Shown here: piece after piece, positions 1 through 10,500 of the stretch
Position numbering within the stretch: the stretch's first letter is position 1
Layout: every line of letters begins with the position of its first letter
From: an uncultured Haloferula sp.
GTDB taxonomy: Bacteria; Verrucomicrobiota; Verrucomicrobiia; Verrucomicrobiales; Akkermansiaceae
Direction of reading: 5' to 3'
DNA length: 64,000 nt
Assembly (NCBI GenBank): GCA_965652295.1
Contig: CBFGTS010000005.1
Location: 128,001-192,000, forward strand
Translations under genes and position numbers: made by a program
The notes under the pieces: generated by a model
Seen by the model: only the letters and a program-made list of their open reading frames with translations
Databases searched by the model: none
Told to the model about the DNA's origin: nothing

Positions 1-2
1 GC

Positions 3-782
3 GGAAACTCGGCTCACACGACGACCACCGGACTCGCCGCGCCGTATTGGGTTCGCCTGGTCCGCGCCGGCGATCTGTTCACCGCCTACCGCTCCACGGA
101 CGGCGTGAACTGGACCACGATGGGTTCCGAGACCATCTCCATGACCGCCACCGTCTACGCCGGCCTCGCGGTCACCAGCCACAATGACGGCGTCCTGGCC
201 GCGGGAACCTTCGACAACGTGTCGATCACCGCCCTGCCCAGCCCGTGGGAAACCGCTGACATCGGTGCCGTGGGAGCCGCTGGCAGCACCACCCAGACGG
301 ATGGTGAGTTCACCGTCGATGGCTCCGGCTCCGACATCTGGGGCACCTCGGACGAGTTCCGCTACGTTTACCAGACCGCCAGCGGCGATTGCGAGCTGGT
401 GGCGCGCGTCACTTCGGTCGAAGGCACCCACAACTGGGCCAAGGCAGGCGTGATGATCCGGGAGAGCCTCAACGCCAACTCGCGCCACGCATCGGTCGTG
501 GTGACTCCGGGCCAAGGCGTCTCCTTCCAGCGCCGCGCGACCACCGGCGGCAGCTCGTCGAGCACCACCAACTCGGGCCTGAGTGCTCCCTACTGGGTCC
601 GCGTCGTCCGCAGCGGCGATACCCTCACCGCCTATCGCTCCGCCGATGGCTCGAGCTGGACCACCATCGGTTCGCAGACCATCCCGATGAGCGCGAATGT
701 CTATCTCGGTCTTGCCGTGACCAGCCACAGTGACGGAACGGTCTGCACGGCGACCCTCGAAAGCGTGACGGCCACCCCATAA
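3..782 (+). CDS. C-terminal part (5' truncated by the window) of a large secreted protein with tandem concanavalin-A-like (DUF1349/Ree1-like) beta-sandwich repeats
   Basis: Frame open from base 3 (GNSAHTTTTGLAAPYWVRLVRAGD...). Repeated unit APYWVRxVRxGDxxTAYRSxDGxxWTTxGS...YxGLAVTSHxDG, and GSDIWGTSDEF/WAKAGVMIRE motifs. Confidence 0.8.
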   Translation, partial: GNSAHTTTTGLAAPYWVRLVRAGDLFTAYRSTDGVNWTTMGSETISMTATVYAGLAVTSHNDGVLAAGTFDNVSITALPSPWETADIGAVGAAGSTTQTDGEFTVDGSGSDIWGTSDEFRYVYQTASGDCELVARVTSVEGTHNWAKAGVMIRESLNANSRHASVVVTPGQGVSFQRRATTGGSSSSTTNSGLSAPYWVRVVRSGDTLTAYRSADGSSWTTIGSQTIPMSANVYLGLAVTSHSDGTVCTATLESVTATP

Positions 783-785
783 GGC

Positions 786-1742
786 ATGCACGGCAAGACC
801 AGAGGGGGGAAAAGCGCCACCGGTCTGCGGGCGATCCGCAGGCCGGTGGTCACCGCCTGTCTGGTGGGGGCCGTGGCCAGCGTGGTGGCGTTCCTTTTTT
901 CAAATCAAGAGGTCGATCCATCTTCAGGCATCACGCCGGCACGCGTGCGGCTCCGAGCGGATCCACCCTCTTCCTTGACCCCGCGCCTCGCGGCCATCCG
1001 TGGGGAACCCGATTCGATGGTCCGCGAGGAGCGGATCGAGAACCTCATTGAGAATACGGACCTTTCGCGCATCCCGTCCGCACTGGACGAACTCCGCGAT
1101 GCCGGATCCGATTCCCTGATAACCGAACTGGGATTGCGGTTGCTGCGTCGGTGGGCGGAACGCGATGCCGCCGCGGCAGCGGATTGGGCGTTTTCACTGC
1201 CCGAAGGCGATGGGCGAACGGAAGCCCTGAAACAGGTGGCGATGGCGTGGTGCGGCCGGGATTTGGCCGAAGCTGCGGACTGGGCACGATCGCTGCCCGA
1301 CGAAACGGAGCGCGACACCCAACTTCTGGGAATCGCACACGAAGCGGTGCGCAGCGATCCGATGCAAGCCCTGCAGATCGCCGCGGATCTGCCGGCCGGT
1401 GCCTCGGGCGATGAATTGATACGGCGGGCCGCGATGGAATGGGCGTCCAAGGACGCGGAGGGCGCTGCGAAATGGACGAGCGCCATCGAAGATGCGGTGC
1501 TGCGCGAGCAGGTTGCCTCCGGCGTGGCGCTGGCATGGGGAAACCACGATCCCGCGGCCGCCGCGACCTTTGCGGTGAACGAGCTGTCGGCGGGCCGGTT
1601 GCAGGCCGACACCGTGGTCGGCATCGTTCAGCGTTGGGCTCAGACGGATCATGCCCGAGCTCTCGCCTGGGTGGAGTCATTTCCCCAAGGCACGCTGCGG
1701 CGGGACGCACTGGCGAGTCTGGGCCAGCAGGGCCCGAGGTGA
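786..1742 (+). CDS. Hypothetical protein with N-terminal membrane anchor and helical WAxxDPxAAxxW repeats
   Basis: Starts 3 nt after the upstream stop. Hydrophobic segment VVTACLVGAVASVVAFLF, then repeated WAERDAAAAADW / WASKDAEGAAKW / WGNHDPAAAATF. Confidence 0.8.
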   Translation: MHGKTRGGKSATGLRAIRRPVVTACLVGAVASVVAFLFSNQEVDPSSGITPARVRLRADPPSSLTPRLAAIRGEPDSMVREERIENLIENTDLSRIPSALDELRDAGSDSLITELGLRLLRRWAERDAAAAADWAFSLPEGDGRTEALKQVAMAWCGRDLAEAADWARSLPDETERDTQLLGIAHEAVRSDPMQALQIAADLPAGASGDELIRRAAMEWASKDAEGAAKWTSAIEDAVLREQVASGVALAWGNHDPAAAATFAVNELSAGRLQADTVVGIVQRWAQTDHARALAWVESFPQGTLRRDALASLGQQGPR

Positions 1743-1808
1743 CGCTTTCCCCGGCCGACCGGCAATTCCGCTGTTTCCCGCTTCGGGAATCCCGGTAGCC
1801 TGCTTCAG

Positions 1809-2411
1809 GTGAGCCTTCCCGACTTCCCATCTCCAAGCATCGCGCTCTTCGGCGGCAGCTTCGATCCGGTGCATCTCGGACACCTGGAGATCGCGCGGCG
1901 GGCGGTGGAGCAAATGAAGCTCGACCGGGTGATCTTCCTGCCCTGCCGGCTCTCGCCGCACAAGCTCGGCGCACCGCCACCCGCGCCGGGAGCCGATCGG
2001 CTGGCCATGCTGGAACTCGCCACCGCCGGGCTGCCGTGGGCCAGAGTGGATGACTTCGATCTCGTCCAGCCGCCGCCCTCGTATTCCTATCTCACGGTGG
2101 CGGAAATGCAGCGCCATCACCCCTCCGCGCGGCTGTTCTGGCTGCTGGGCAAGGACCAGTGGGACGCCCTGCCAAGGTGGCGCGAACCCGGGAAGCTCGC
2201 CGCCGCGGTCGAGTTCATCGTCTTTTCCCGTGGAGGTGATCCCGAACCGCGTGCGGGTTGGAAGATGCATCACCTTCCCGGCACGCATCCCGCCTCGGCC
2301 ACCGCGATCCGGCGCGAGTTCGCCGCTGGCCGGGTGCCCGACCACCTCGCTCCCGCGGTGCTGGACTACATCCGTTCCCACGGCCTTTACGATGTGCCCG
2401 GGGTGCCATGA
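1809..2411 (+). CDS. nadD: Nicotinate-nucleotide adenylyltransferase
   Basis: FGGSFDPVHLGH (HxGH) motif, SYxYxT, W-x-x-W, and the SATAIR C-terminal motif. Confidence 0.93.
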   Translation: MSLPDFPSPSIALFGGSFDPVHLGHLEIARRAVEQMKLDRVIFLPCRLSPHKLGAPPPAPGADRLAMLELATAGLPWARVDDFDLVQPPPSYSYLTVAEMQRHHPSARLFWLLGKDQWDALPRWREPGKLAAAVEFIVFSRGGDPEPRAGWKMHHLPGTHPASATAIRREFAAGRVPDHLAPAVLDYIRSHGLYDVPGVP

Positions 2412-2466
2412 TCCACTGCTTGCGGTTTGGGATCGGCCTGCCTAGCTTGGCCCCAAGCTCAAGCTA

Positions 2467-3252
2467 ATGCCCATGAAACCCCTTTTCCTGCTCGCCCTCC
2501 TGCCGTTGATTTTCCCGCTTCACGCTCAGGAAACCCCGGATACCGCCACCGAGGCCCCTTGGGTTCAGGATTTCACCAACCTGCCCCAGGAAACCCGCAC
2601 CGAGTTCGCCAAGACCCTGGGAAAAGCCCGCGAGTTGTTCGCCCAAAAGCGCATCTTCGAGACCATCGAGAAGCTCGAGGAGGCCAAGGCGATTTTCCCC
2701 GATTCACCCGACGTCGAAAACCTCCTCGGTGCCTGCCAGGTGGAGTTCCGTTCGTTCGATGACGCCATGGAACACTTCCGCCGCGCCGCCGAGCTGAGCC
2801 CGGATTCGCCGAACATCCTGTTCAACATCGGCGAGGTCCAGTTCGTCACCAAGAAGTGGCAGGAAGCCCAGACCACCTTCCAGAAGGTTCTCGATCTGAT
2901 CGGCGAGGACGAAAAGCAGCTCCAGCTCCAGCGCTTGGTGGAGTTCAAGCTGATGCTCTGCCTGCTCCAGCTCGACCGCGTGGAGGAAGCGAAGCAGATG
3001 GCGGAGAAATACGACGCTTTCGACGACTCGCCCTACCCATACTATGCGGAGGCCGCGCTTGAGTTCCATCAGGGCGATGAGCTGGGTGCCGAACTCTCCC
3101 TGCGCCGCGCCCAGCGGATTTTCCGCAGCCCGGAAATGCTCAGCCCCTGGCAGGACACGCTCATGGAATTCGGCTACATCAAGAGCTTCCTCGGGGCCTC
3201 GCTTGAGGAACTGGAAGAGGCCGCTCCCGAGCCGCCGCCGATCAACCGGTGA
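2467..3252 (+). CDS. Secreted tetratricopeptide repeat protein
   Basis: Signal peptide (LLALLPLIFPLHA) and TPR-like helices (NLLGACQVEFRSFDDAMEHFRRAAELSPD). Confidence 0.85.
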   Translation: MPMKPLFLLALLPLIFPLHAQETPDTATEAPWVQDFTNLPQETRTEFAKTLGKARELFAQKRIFETIEKLEEAKAIFPDSPDVENLLGACQVEFRSFDDAMEHFRRAAELSPDSPNILFNIGEVQFVTKKWQEAQTTFQKVLDLIGEDEKQLQLQRLVEFKLMLCLLQLDRVEEAKQMAEKYDAFDDSPYPYYAEAALEFHQGDELGAELSLRRAQRIFRSPEMLSPWQDTLMEFGYIKSFLGASLEELEEAAPEPPPINR

Positions 3253-3259
3253 GCCGCGC

Positions 3260-3694
3260 TCAGCCCGCTTCGACCGTCAGCGGAAAGTCCGTCACGCACT
3301 CCAGCCGAATGCCGTAAAGCCGGGCGATCTCTGGCGCGTCGGAGGCGTGGTAGACGTCGCGGTAGTAGATCTCCTTCACGCCGTAGGCGCAGAGCGTCTG
3401 CATGCAGGCCGTGCAGGGCATGGTGGTGCTGGCCACCAGCTTCACCTCGCCCCGCCGGAACAGGCTGCAGAGGTTGATCTCCGCGTGGAGCATGAATTTC
3501 TGCCGTGCCTCGCGATCGTCCCAGAAACCGGCCGGGGCATCGAATCCCGGCGCGAGCCCGTTGTAGGCGGTGGCGATGACCCGGTTGTCGAAATCCAACG
3601 CCGCCGCGCCGACCTTGCGGTAGGGGTCTTCCGACCGCAGCGAGGCCACGTGCGCGAGCGCCATCGCGTAGCGCGGGATGGAAAGGCGGGACAT
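3260..3694 (-). CDS. dCMP deaminase (ComEB-like cytidine/deoxycytidylate deaminase)
   Basis: RSEDPYRKVGA, AYNG, HAEIN and PCTAC zinc motifs. ATG at 3694 chosen over the longer ORF, which overlaps the upstream gene. Confidence 0.9.
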   Translation of the reverse strand: MSRLSIPRYAMALAHVASLRSEDPYRKVGAAALDFDNRVIATAYNGLAPGFDAPAGFWDDREARQKFMLHAEINLCSLFRRGEVKLVASTTMPCTACMQTLCAYGVKEIYYRDVYHASDAPEIARLYGIRLECVTDFPLTVEAG

Positions 3695-3725
3695 GGCCGA
3701 ATCAATCCCACCCGCCCCGGCAGCG

Positions 3726-4949
3726 TCAACGCTGCGCACGCGGGAGTGCCAGCGCCCGCTCGATCCCGCGGTAGGTTTCCATCCAGATCGGATCGTCATC
3801 GCGGGTGGTTTCCAGCGCCTCGCGAACGATCTCGGGGCCGACGCCCTCGCCCCGCAACCACAGACCATAGGCTGCCAGCGCGGCGGCCCGTTGCAGCCGG
3901 GGTGTCGCCTCGGGATTTTCCACGAGCGGGAGCTTGAAGGCATGGCCGGTGCCATCGACCAGTTCGATCACCCCGAGATCGCCCCGGCCGGAAAACTCGA
4001 TCAGCACGAGCTGCGAGCGCCCCGCAGGGAGCGTTGTCGGCAGGCTCGCATTCGAGCGGACGGCGTAGGAACCCACGACCCTCCGCGGGCGCATTGATAC
4101 CGATCGCATTTCCAAGCCCTCCACCGCTTCCCGCGGCGCGCGCAGAGCCACGCCGACCAGCGTGCGGCGGGCGTCCCATGGGCACGGCATCGAAGCCACA
4201 CCCGCCTCCAGGCGTTCGCCCAAGGGCTGCATCGGCAGCGTCACGATATTGACCATCTCCTCCACCCGCACGGCGTCGCGTGGGGGCAGCTCGTGGCGTT
4301 CCTCGATCCATCGCCGCACCCAAACCGCGCTGCCGGTGCCGGTCACCACCGGCAGCCGGAGCTCGGCGGAATTCGAAAAGCCGGCCAGATCGGTCGTCGC
4401 CGGCAGGGCGGATTTCTCCGGCAAGGGAGCTTGCTGGATCTTTGCCGCCAGCTTGCGGAAGGCATCGCCGCCGCCGGACACGCCGGCCGCCATCCTTGCA
4501 GCGGATGTTTCCCCGCCACCCGCCGCCACCCGGGTCGCCGAGCCTGTCGAAGGACCCGGCGCGGGCAACAGCGCCACCGCGTCGAGCTGCGTGGCATCCG
4601 GCGAACCCGGAGCCACGAAATGCCCGAGCAGGGCCGCGACCAGTATCACCGCCGCCGCCGCCGCGAGCGCCATCGACCACGGACGCCACGGACGCGCCGG
4701 CTCGATCACCTTGGATGCGGCGGCCGCCGTGCCCGCCTTCATCACCGCGCGGCGCTGGCTCGGGCGCAACCTGGCCTCGCCTCCGCTGAACACGTCGCTC
4801 ATCCAGCCGCAGGTGCGCTCGATTTCATCCAGCGTGATGCGCAGCGCCGGATCGCCCGCTACGGCTCGCTCGACCAGGCGCATTCCGGCCTCGTCCAGTT
4901 CACCGAGCGCGTAGGCGGTCAGGCGGGGGTCATCGGGTAGGAGTTTCAT
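3726..4949 (-). CDS. Membrane-anchored anti-sigma-like protein with YfbK/vWA-associated segments
   Basis: N-terminal DDPRLTAYALGEL, one TM (LAAAAAVILVAALLG), LPPRDAVRVEEMVN motif and C-terminal AAALAAYGLWLRG. Directly downstream of an ECF sigma. Confidence 0.7.
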   Translation of the reverse strand: MKLLPDDPRLTAYALGELDEAGMRLVERAVAGDPALRITLDEIERTCGWMSDVFSGGEARLRPSQRRAVMKAGTAAAASKVIEPARPWRPWSMALAAAAAVILVAALLGHFVAPGSPDATQLDAVALLPAPGPSTGSATRVAAGGGETSAARMAAGVSGGGDAFRKLAAKIQQAPLPEKSALPATTDLAGFSNSAELRLPVVTGTGSAVWVRRWIEERHELPPRDAVRVEEMVNIVTLPMQPLGERLEAGVASMPCPWDARRTLVGVALRAPREAVEGLEMRSVSMRPRRVVGSYAVRSNASLPTTLPAGRSQLVLIEFSGRGDLGVIELVDGTGHAFKLPLVENPEATPRLQRAAALAAYGLWLRGEGVGPEIVREALETTRDDDPIWMETYRGIERALALPRAQR

Positions 4950-4955
4950 GGTGTT

Positions 4956-5549
4956 TCAGTATCCGTCCATCAGGTCGGGCGGCAGGAGCTGGCGGATGCG
5001 TTTGAGGCCGGTGTGGATGAGAAAGCCGATGTTGCCGCTGCTGAGGCCGGTCTCATCGGCGATCTCCTTGTAGCTCTTGCCGTCGCGGAATTTCATCAGG
5101 ATCACGGTTTTCTGGTTGTCGGAAAGCCGGTCGAGGTAGGCGAGCACCTGCTCCATCCGTTCCTCGCGGTCGGCCTCGGCGGCGGGCGAGGTGTCTTCGG
5201 CGAGCATCTGGCTTTCGAGGTCCTCGACGGTCGTCACCCGGCCCTCTTTGCGGAGGACATCGAGCGCGCGGTTGCGGCAGACGGTGTAAAGCCAGCTTTT
5301 CAGGCCCTCCCGCACCTTGGACACGTCCTGCCGGCATAGCCGGATGAAGGTGTCCTGCACCACATCGCGAGCGCGATCGGCGTCCTTCACGATCGTCCGG
5401 GCATAGCCGATCAGCGGCGACTCGTATTCGGCGAGCGCGCGCTCGATGAAGCTTTCGCGGGTTTCGACCATATCGGACGCGCCGTCCGGCGGCGGGGTGT
5501 CATCCGCGGGAACGGGCCGTGCGTCCCGTTTCTTGGGGACTTTGTCCAT
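4956..5549 (-). CDS. ECF RNA polymerase sigma-70 factor
   Basis: ARDVVQDTFIRL, WLYTVCRNRALD, and region 4 HTH (SYKEIADETGLSSGNI). ATG at 5549. Confidence 0.92.
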   Translation of the reverse strand: MDKVPKKRDARPVPADDTPPPDGASDMVETRESFIERALAEYESPLIGYARTIVKDADRARDVVQDTFIRLCRQDVSKVREGLKSWLYTVCRNRALDVLRKEGRVTTVEDLESQMLAEDTSPAAEADREERMEQVLAYLDRLSDNQKTVILMKFRDGKSYKEIADETGLSSGNIGFLIHTGLKRIRQLLPPDLMDGY

Positions 5550-5551
5550 GG

Positions 5552-6172
5552 TCAGCGGACGAAGAAGCTCAGGTGCTCCAGTTCGATGGCCAGATCGACG
5601 TTGTTCACCACCACGGGTTCGGGCACATCCAGCACCACCGGAGAGAAATTCAGGATCCCCGCCACGCCGGCACCCACCAGACGGTTTGCCAGCAGTTGGG
5701 CGATCGGTCCCGGCACGCAGAGGATCGCCAGCCGGACGTTCTCGCGTCGGATGAACTCCTCCAATTCCGCCTCCGGCAAAACCGGCACCTGGACACCGCG
5801 TGCGGCCGCCACCGCGGGATCGGCATCGAAGGCAGCCACGACCTCGAAGCCTTCTTTCTGGAACCCCTGGTAGCGCAGCAAGGCCGAGCCGAGGTTCCCC
5901 GCGCCGACGAGGATCACCGGCTGGAGACGCTCCCGTCCCAGCAAATCGCGGATCATCCCGCCCAGAGCCACCACCGGATAGCCCAGCCCGCGGGTGCCGA
6001 ACTGACCGAAGTAGGCCAGATCCTTGCGCAGTTGCGCAGGCTTCACCCCCGCCGCCTTGGCAAGCGCGGACGAGCTGACGGTTTCCTCGCCAAGCTCCTC
6101 CAGCCGCTTCAGGCAGCGGTGGTAGATCGACAGGCGGTAGATCGCCTTCTTGGGAATATCGATCCGCTCCAT
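5552..6172 (-). CDS. rex: Redox-sensing transcriptional repressor Rex
   Basis: RLSIYHRCL, QLRKDLAYFGQFGTRGLGY, and Rossmann GAGNLGSAL. ATG at 6172. Confidence 0.95.
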   Translation of the reverse strand: MERIDIPKKAIYRLSIYHRCLKRLEELGEETVSSSALAKAAGVKPAQLRKDLAYFGQFGTRGLGYPVVALGGMIRDLLGRERLQPVILVGAGNLGSALLRYQGFQKEGFEVVAAFDADPAVAAARGVQVPVLPEAELEEFIRRENVRLAILCVPGPIAQLLANRLVGAGVAGILNFSPVVLDVPEPVVVNNVDLAIELEHLSFFVR

Positions 6173-6324
6173 GGGCTTCGGCAAGGAACGCCGCCGACCC
6201 CTCAGGGTCAAGCCCGTGGATTCGGCGCGGCGGCGGAGGCCAATGCGGGCTGGACCTCCACCAGGCAGCCCTCCTAGACTGCGAACCGAAGGGCAGCGGC
6301 AGACCACCGCGCCGATTACGCCGA

Positions 6325-7368
6325 ATGAACCCACCCCGTCGCGTCACCATCAAGGACATTGCTCGCGTCGCGGGGTTGAGCACGGCCGCGGTTTCCCAGG
6401 CGTTGCGCCCGCAGCCGACGTCCAACATCAAGCTGAACCCCCAGACCGCCGAACGGGTGCGGTTGGTGGCCCAGCAGCTCAATTATCAGCCTCACGCCGG
6501 GGCGCGCTCGATCCGCTCGAACCGCTTCCACAACATCGGCTATTTCGCCGCCAAGACGGGCCTGCTGACGCCGACCCCGGTCGGATACCTGGCCGGAGTC
6601 CACGACATCGCCGAAGAGCACGAATTCCGGATGACCCTCATCCGGCTGCCCGTGACCACCGATGACTATGGGAAAGCCATGCCCAGCGTCTTTTCCGAGC
6701 GGAACATCGATGCGATCATCATCGAAAGTTACAGCGAGCTGGCCCACCAGATCTACGACCAGATCCGCGCCATCCGCCTGCCCATCATCTTCATCAACGA
6801 CCGGAACGACTCCAACTCGGTTTATGTGGACGACGTCTGGGGAGCCACCGAGGTCACCCAGCACCTGATCGACAAGGGCTACCGGAAGATCGGGTTCATC
6901 CAACGGAAGATCGAAGGAGGCCCGCCGGTCTCCCGCATGCACCACAGCGCACGCGACCGCGCCACGGGTTTCCGGAAGGCGATGAAACGCGCCGGCCGGA
7001 AGCCGGTGTTCCATACGGTGGTGACTTCGGGAGTCGTCGGGGCCGGCGTCAATCTCACCGAAGAAGACTGGCGGGTGATCGCCGGCTTTGATGCCGTCAT
7101 CGCCTACGATGATGACCTCGCCAATCTCATCGCACGGACCGCTTACGACCATGACGTCCGGGTTCCCGATGGCCTCGCCATTGCCGGTTTCAATGGAGAC
7201 TACGCGGCTCTGTCTGCCTGGCAGCGCCTCACGACCGTCCAGATTCCTTCCTACGAGATGGGGCGGAAGGCCGGGGAAATGGCCTTTGAGATGATCAAAA
7301 TGGGGGAAGACGGCTCGCTTCCGTCGTCGGTTCACAAACCGACCCTGGTGGTGGGACAAACGACTTAG
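6325..7368 (+). CDS. LacI-family transcriptional regulator
   Basis: VTIKDIARVAGLSTAAVSQAL HTH, LNYQPH, and sugar-binding domain (RVPDGLAIAGFNG, LTTV). Confidence 0.93.
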   Translation: MNPPRRVTIKDIARVAGLSTAAVSQALRPQPTSNIKLNPQTAERVRLVAQQLNYQPHAGARSIRSNRFHNIGYFAAKTGLLTPTPVGYLAGVHDIAEEHEFRMTLIRLPVTTDDYGKAMPSVFSERNIDAIIIESYSELAHQIYDQIRAIRLPIIFINDRNDSNSVYVDDVWGATEVTQHLIDKGYRKIGFIQRKIEGGPPVSRMHHSARDRATGFRKAMKRAGRKPVFHTVVTSGVVGAGVNLTEEDWRVIAGFDAVIAYDDDLANLIARTAYDHDVRVPDGLAIAGFNGDYAALSAWQRLTTVQIPSYEMGRKAGEMAFEMIKMGEDGSLPSSVHKPTLVVGQTT

Positions 7369-7424
7369 GAATCTCCTTCCGCCTCCGAGGCTTCGCTTTC
7401 CGACGGGAAAAGCTACCTTCCCGG

Positions 7425-7460
7425 AAAAGAAAAACCCCCGCCAGATCAAGCTGGCAGGGG
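7425..7460 (-). terminator. Rho-independent terminator of the 7508-12097 gene
   Basis: Minus strand reads cccctgccag-cttgat-ctggcggggg followed by tttttctttt. Confidence 0.6.
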
Positions 7461-7507
7461 CATGGGGACGGCCGGAGAAGCAGGCCTCTCCGGCCGGAGG
7501 TTCGGGC

Positions 7508-10500
7508 TTACTCCAGCTCGACGGTGTAGAACGCCTTTCCGGCGGGTGCCGTCGCGTCAGTGTAGGTGGTCGATGACCCGGCATCGGCGGAGATGCCGGT
7601 CACTTCCAAGTCCACCGTTTGCAGGTCCAGATACCGGCGGACCGTGAACGTCGTCCCCGGTTGGCTCGGCCAGCTGAAGGTGAAGCCATCGCCCGGGTTC
7701 TCGTCCGAGGTCGTCAGCAGGAACCGCGAGGACGGATCCGTGGGATCAAGTCCCAGGCGGAACTCGGTGACGTCCGGCGTGCCATCCGCGTCGAAATCGG
7801 TGGTGGCGTCCTGATCGAGATCCCCGAAGTGATCGAGTTCCCACTGGTCATCAATGCCATCGCCGTCGGAGTCGCCGGCGGAGCTGAGCGGGTTGGCGAG
7901 GTTCTGGGACGTCGGGTCGAAGTAGATGTTGTCGAACAACATCGCGACATCGCCGTTGAACTTCATGAACCAGAGCGTCAACAGCGGGTTGGTGGCCACC
8001 CCGTTGCGGAACGAGGCACCGGAGGCGATCTGGACCACGCCGCTCTGGCCGAGCGGAGTCTCCATGTAGACATCGACCGTATCGGTGTCGTTGTGGATCA
8101 CCATCCAGACGTTGCTCCATTCTCCGAGCGGATATTGGAAACCGCTGATGTTGCCTCCGGCGTTGCGGACGTTGACGTTGCCATTGTTGTAGCCCATCTG
8201 CGCTTCGAAGTCGCCGGTGCCGGTGGGAGTGGCCACGTCGCTGAGACCCCAGGTCTTGTCCATGGTGGTGGTGGTATCGGTCCGGACCTGGAAGAACAGC
8301 GTGCCGGTATTGCCGTTGAGCAGGTGAAGCTGCAAGGCCGAGAGCGACTTGCGCATGTTTCCGGTCACCCACGAACCAGCCTGATCACCTCCGGCAGGGT
8401 CATTGACCACGGTGGCGGTGCCGGTGGTGGTCCAGCCGTTGACGCCGTTGAACGTCTGGCCGACGACCATTCCGGATCCCTCGAAGTCTTCGATGAGCGA
8501 CCATCCTGCCGTCTGCGGAGGCGTGCTGCCGGCATCGGCCGGATCGCTGCCGTTCGTCACTTCATAGCCATCGCCGAAGCCATCGCCGTCCGAATCGATG
8601 ATGAGCGGATCACTGCCGTGGGTGTTGACTTCGTCACCATCGTTGAGGCCGTCGCCATCGCTGTCGGCCACCAGCGGATCCGTGAAGTGATCGTTCACTT
8701 CGGCACCGTCGGGCAGGCCGTCGCTGTCGGTATCGACCAGCGTCGGGTTGGTGCCGGCGGTGAATTCCCCGGTGTTGTCGAGGTCATCGCCGCTGCCTTC
8801 GTCGAGGTCGTCGGTTCCGTCCTGACTCGTGATGCCGTAGAACGCGAGCCACGAGTCCGGCACGGTGTCGCCGGTGCTCGAGAAGAAGCTCGTCTTGTCC
8901 GTCGGATTGGTGCCGTTGGCGGCCTCGACCAGGTTGGTGTCGAAATCGGCGTCCGGATCGGCACCGGGAGCGCCGTTCGGATTGCTCAGACTGCCGAAGT
9001 AGAACATCTCGAAGTCCTCGTCCGGAAGGTCGTCGCCATCGATGTCGTCCGGCACGGAGTCCGAATTGGTGGGATCGCTGCCGCCGAGCTGCTCGTTGCC
9101 CAGGTTCACGCCATCGGCGTCGCCGGCTTGGGAGGTTCCATTCTGGGTGTTGGCGGCACCGAAGAAGTGGACTTCCCAAGCATCATAGAGCCCGTCGAGG
9201 TCGGCATCCACCAAGGCGTCGGCGTTCTGCGGGCCGGCAACGGTGTTGACCTGCGCGGCGGCACCGGTGAGGGCACCATCGTAGATCCGGACTTCGTTGT
9301 AGGACGCGTTCGCCGTCTCGTCGGCGAAGATCGACTGGCCGAGCCAGTTGTTCACGTCATTGAAGGTGGCCAGCGAACGGTCGGTGTCGAACGAGCCCTG
9401 GGCATAGAAAATGCCCGTCGTATCACCCGCCGGGGCAACCCGCCAGCGGACCCGCGTCCCGGTCTCCAGAGGGAACGGATCGTTGAGCGTGTTCACCGCC
9501 GGAGTGAGCGTCACGACAATGTGATACTCGGTGCCGAGCGCGTAGGGCGCGTTCGTGTTGTTGACCAGGGTGCTGGTGGCAGTGGCCCAGCCAATGCGGT
9601 CGGAATTGATGTTCGTGCCCTGGGTCCAGGACATGAACAGCGCGTCGGTGGTGGTGCCGTTGTTGAAGCTGAACACCCGGCTCCAGTTATGGACGCTTAG
9701 CTGCGTGGCCCAGAGTTCCAAGCTCACCGGCGTCATTTTCCCTTGGAGCAGGTTGCTGCCGAGGCTGACGTAGTCCGACGAGGCCTTCGCTCCGCCGGCG
9801 AGGGTGATGTTGTCGGGGTTCTGCGTCACGTCATTGGCTCCGACTTCCACGATCGTGGCATCGGACCCGCCCACCGAGTCGGTGAGGTCGCCGTTGAAAC
9901 TCCAACGGTGGATGAGCTGCGGACGGGCCGGGGACCAGGCCGCGTCGTTCGGATCCGAGCCGGCGTCGTGCTCCTGCTTGTTGGTGAAGCCGTCGCCGTC
10001 CGGATTTGCAGCGGAGTCGTTGAACGTCGTGTTCAAACCGTGCAGGGTTTCCCACGCATCATTCATGCCGTCGGTGTCGGAGTCCGGCCAATCGGTCGCG
10101 TCGCTGCCGGCGGTATCGGCCGCGAATTCTTCCGCGTTCGTCGCGAAGTCGCCGTCGGGATCATCGGTGCCGTCAAAATCGAGGTTGCCGAAGTTCGTCA
10201 TTTCCCAGTCATCGTCGAGGCCATCGGCATCGGAGTCGGCCGGGAAGGAATTGGGGTCGGTGGGGTCGGAACCGCCGGCGATCTCGGCCGCATTGGAGAA
10301 GGTGTCATTGTCGGAATCGGCGGCACCGGTGGTGACGGCGAGCTCTCCCGTGGTGGGGTTGTCGTCGTTGTTGCCCCAGTAGCGGTCTTCGTCGAAGTCG
10401 CTGAGTCCGTCGTCATCGCTATCGCGATCCTGCACGGTGAGGACGACCTCGTCCCAGCCGGGCCAGGTGCCGCTGACGGTGTTGTGGATGCCCACCCCGA

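Noticed and set aside
6173..6324. Rex or LacI operator in the rex/lacI divergent region
   Set aside because: No TTGTGAA-N4-TTCACAA-like or clear LacI-type palindrome seen.
4956..6482. 508-aa version of the ECF ORF
   Set aside because: The N-terminal extension overlaps rex in another frame. The sigma begins at 5549.
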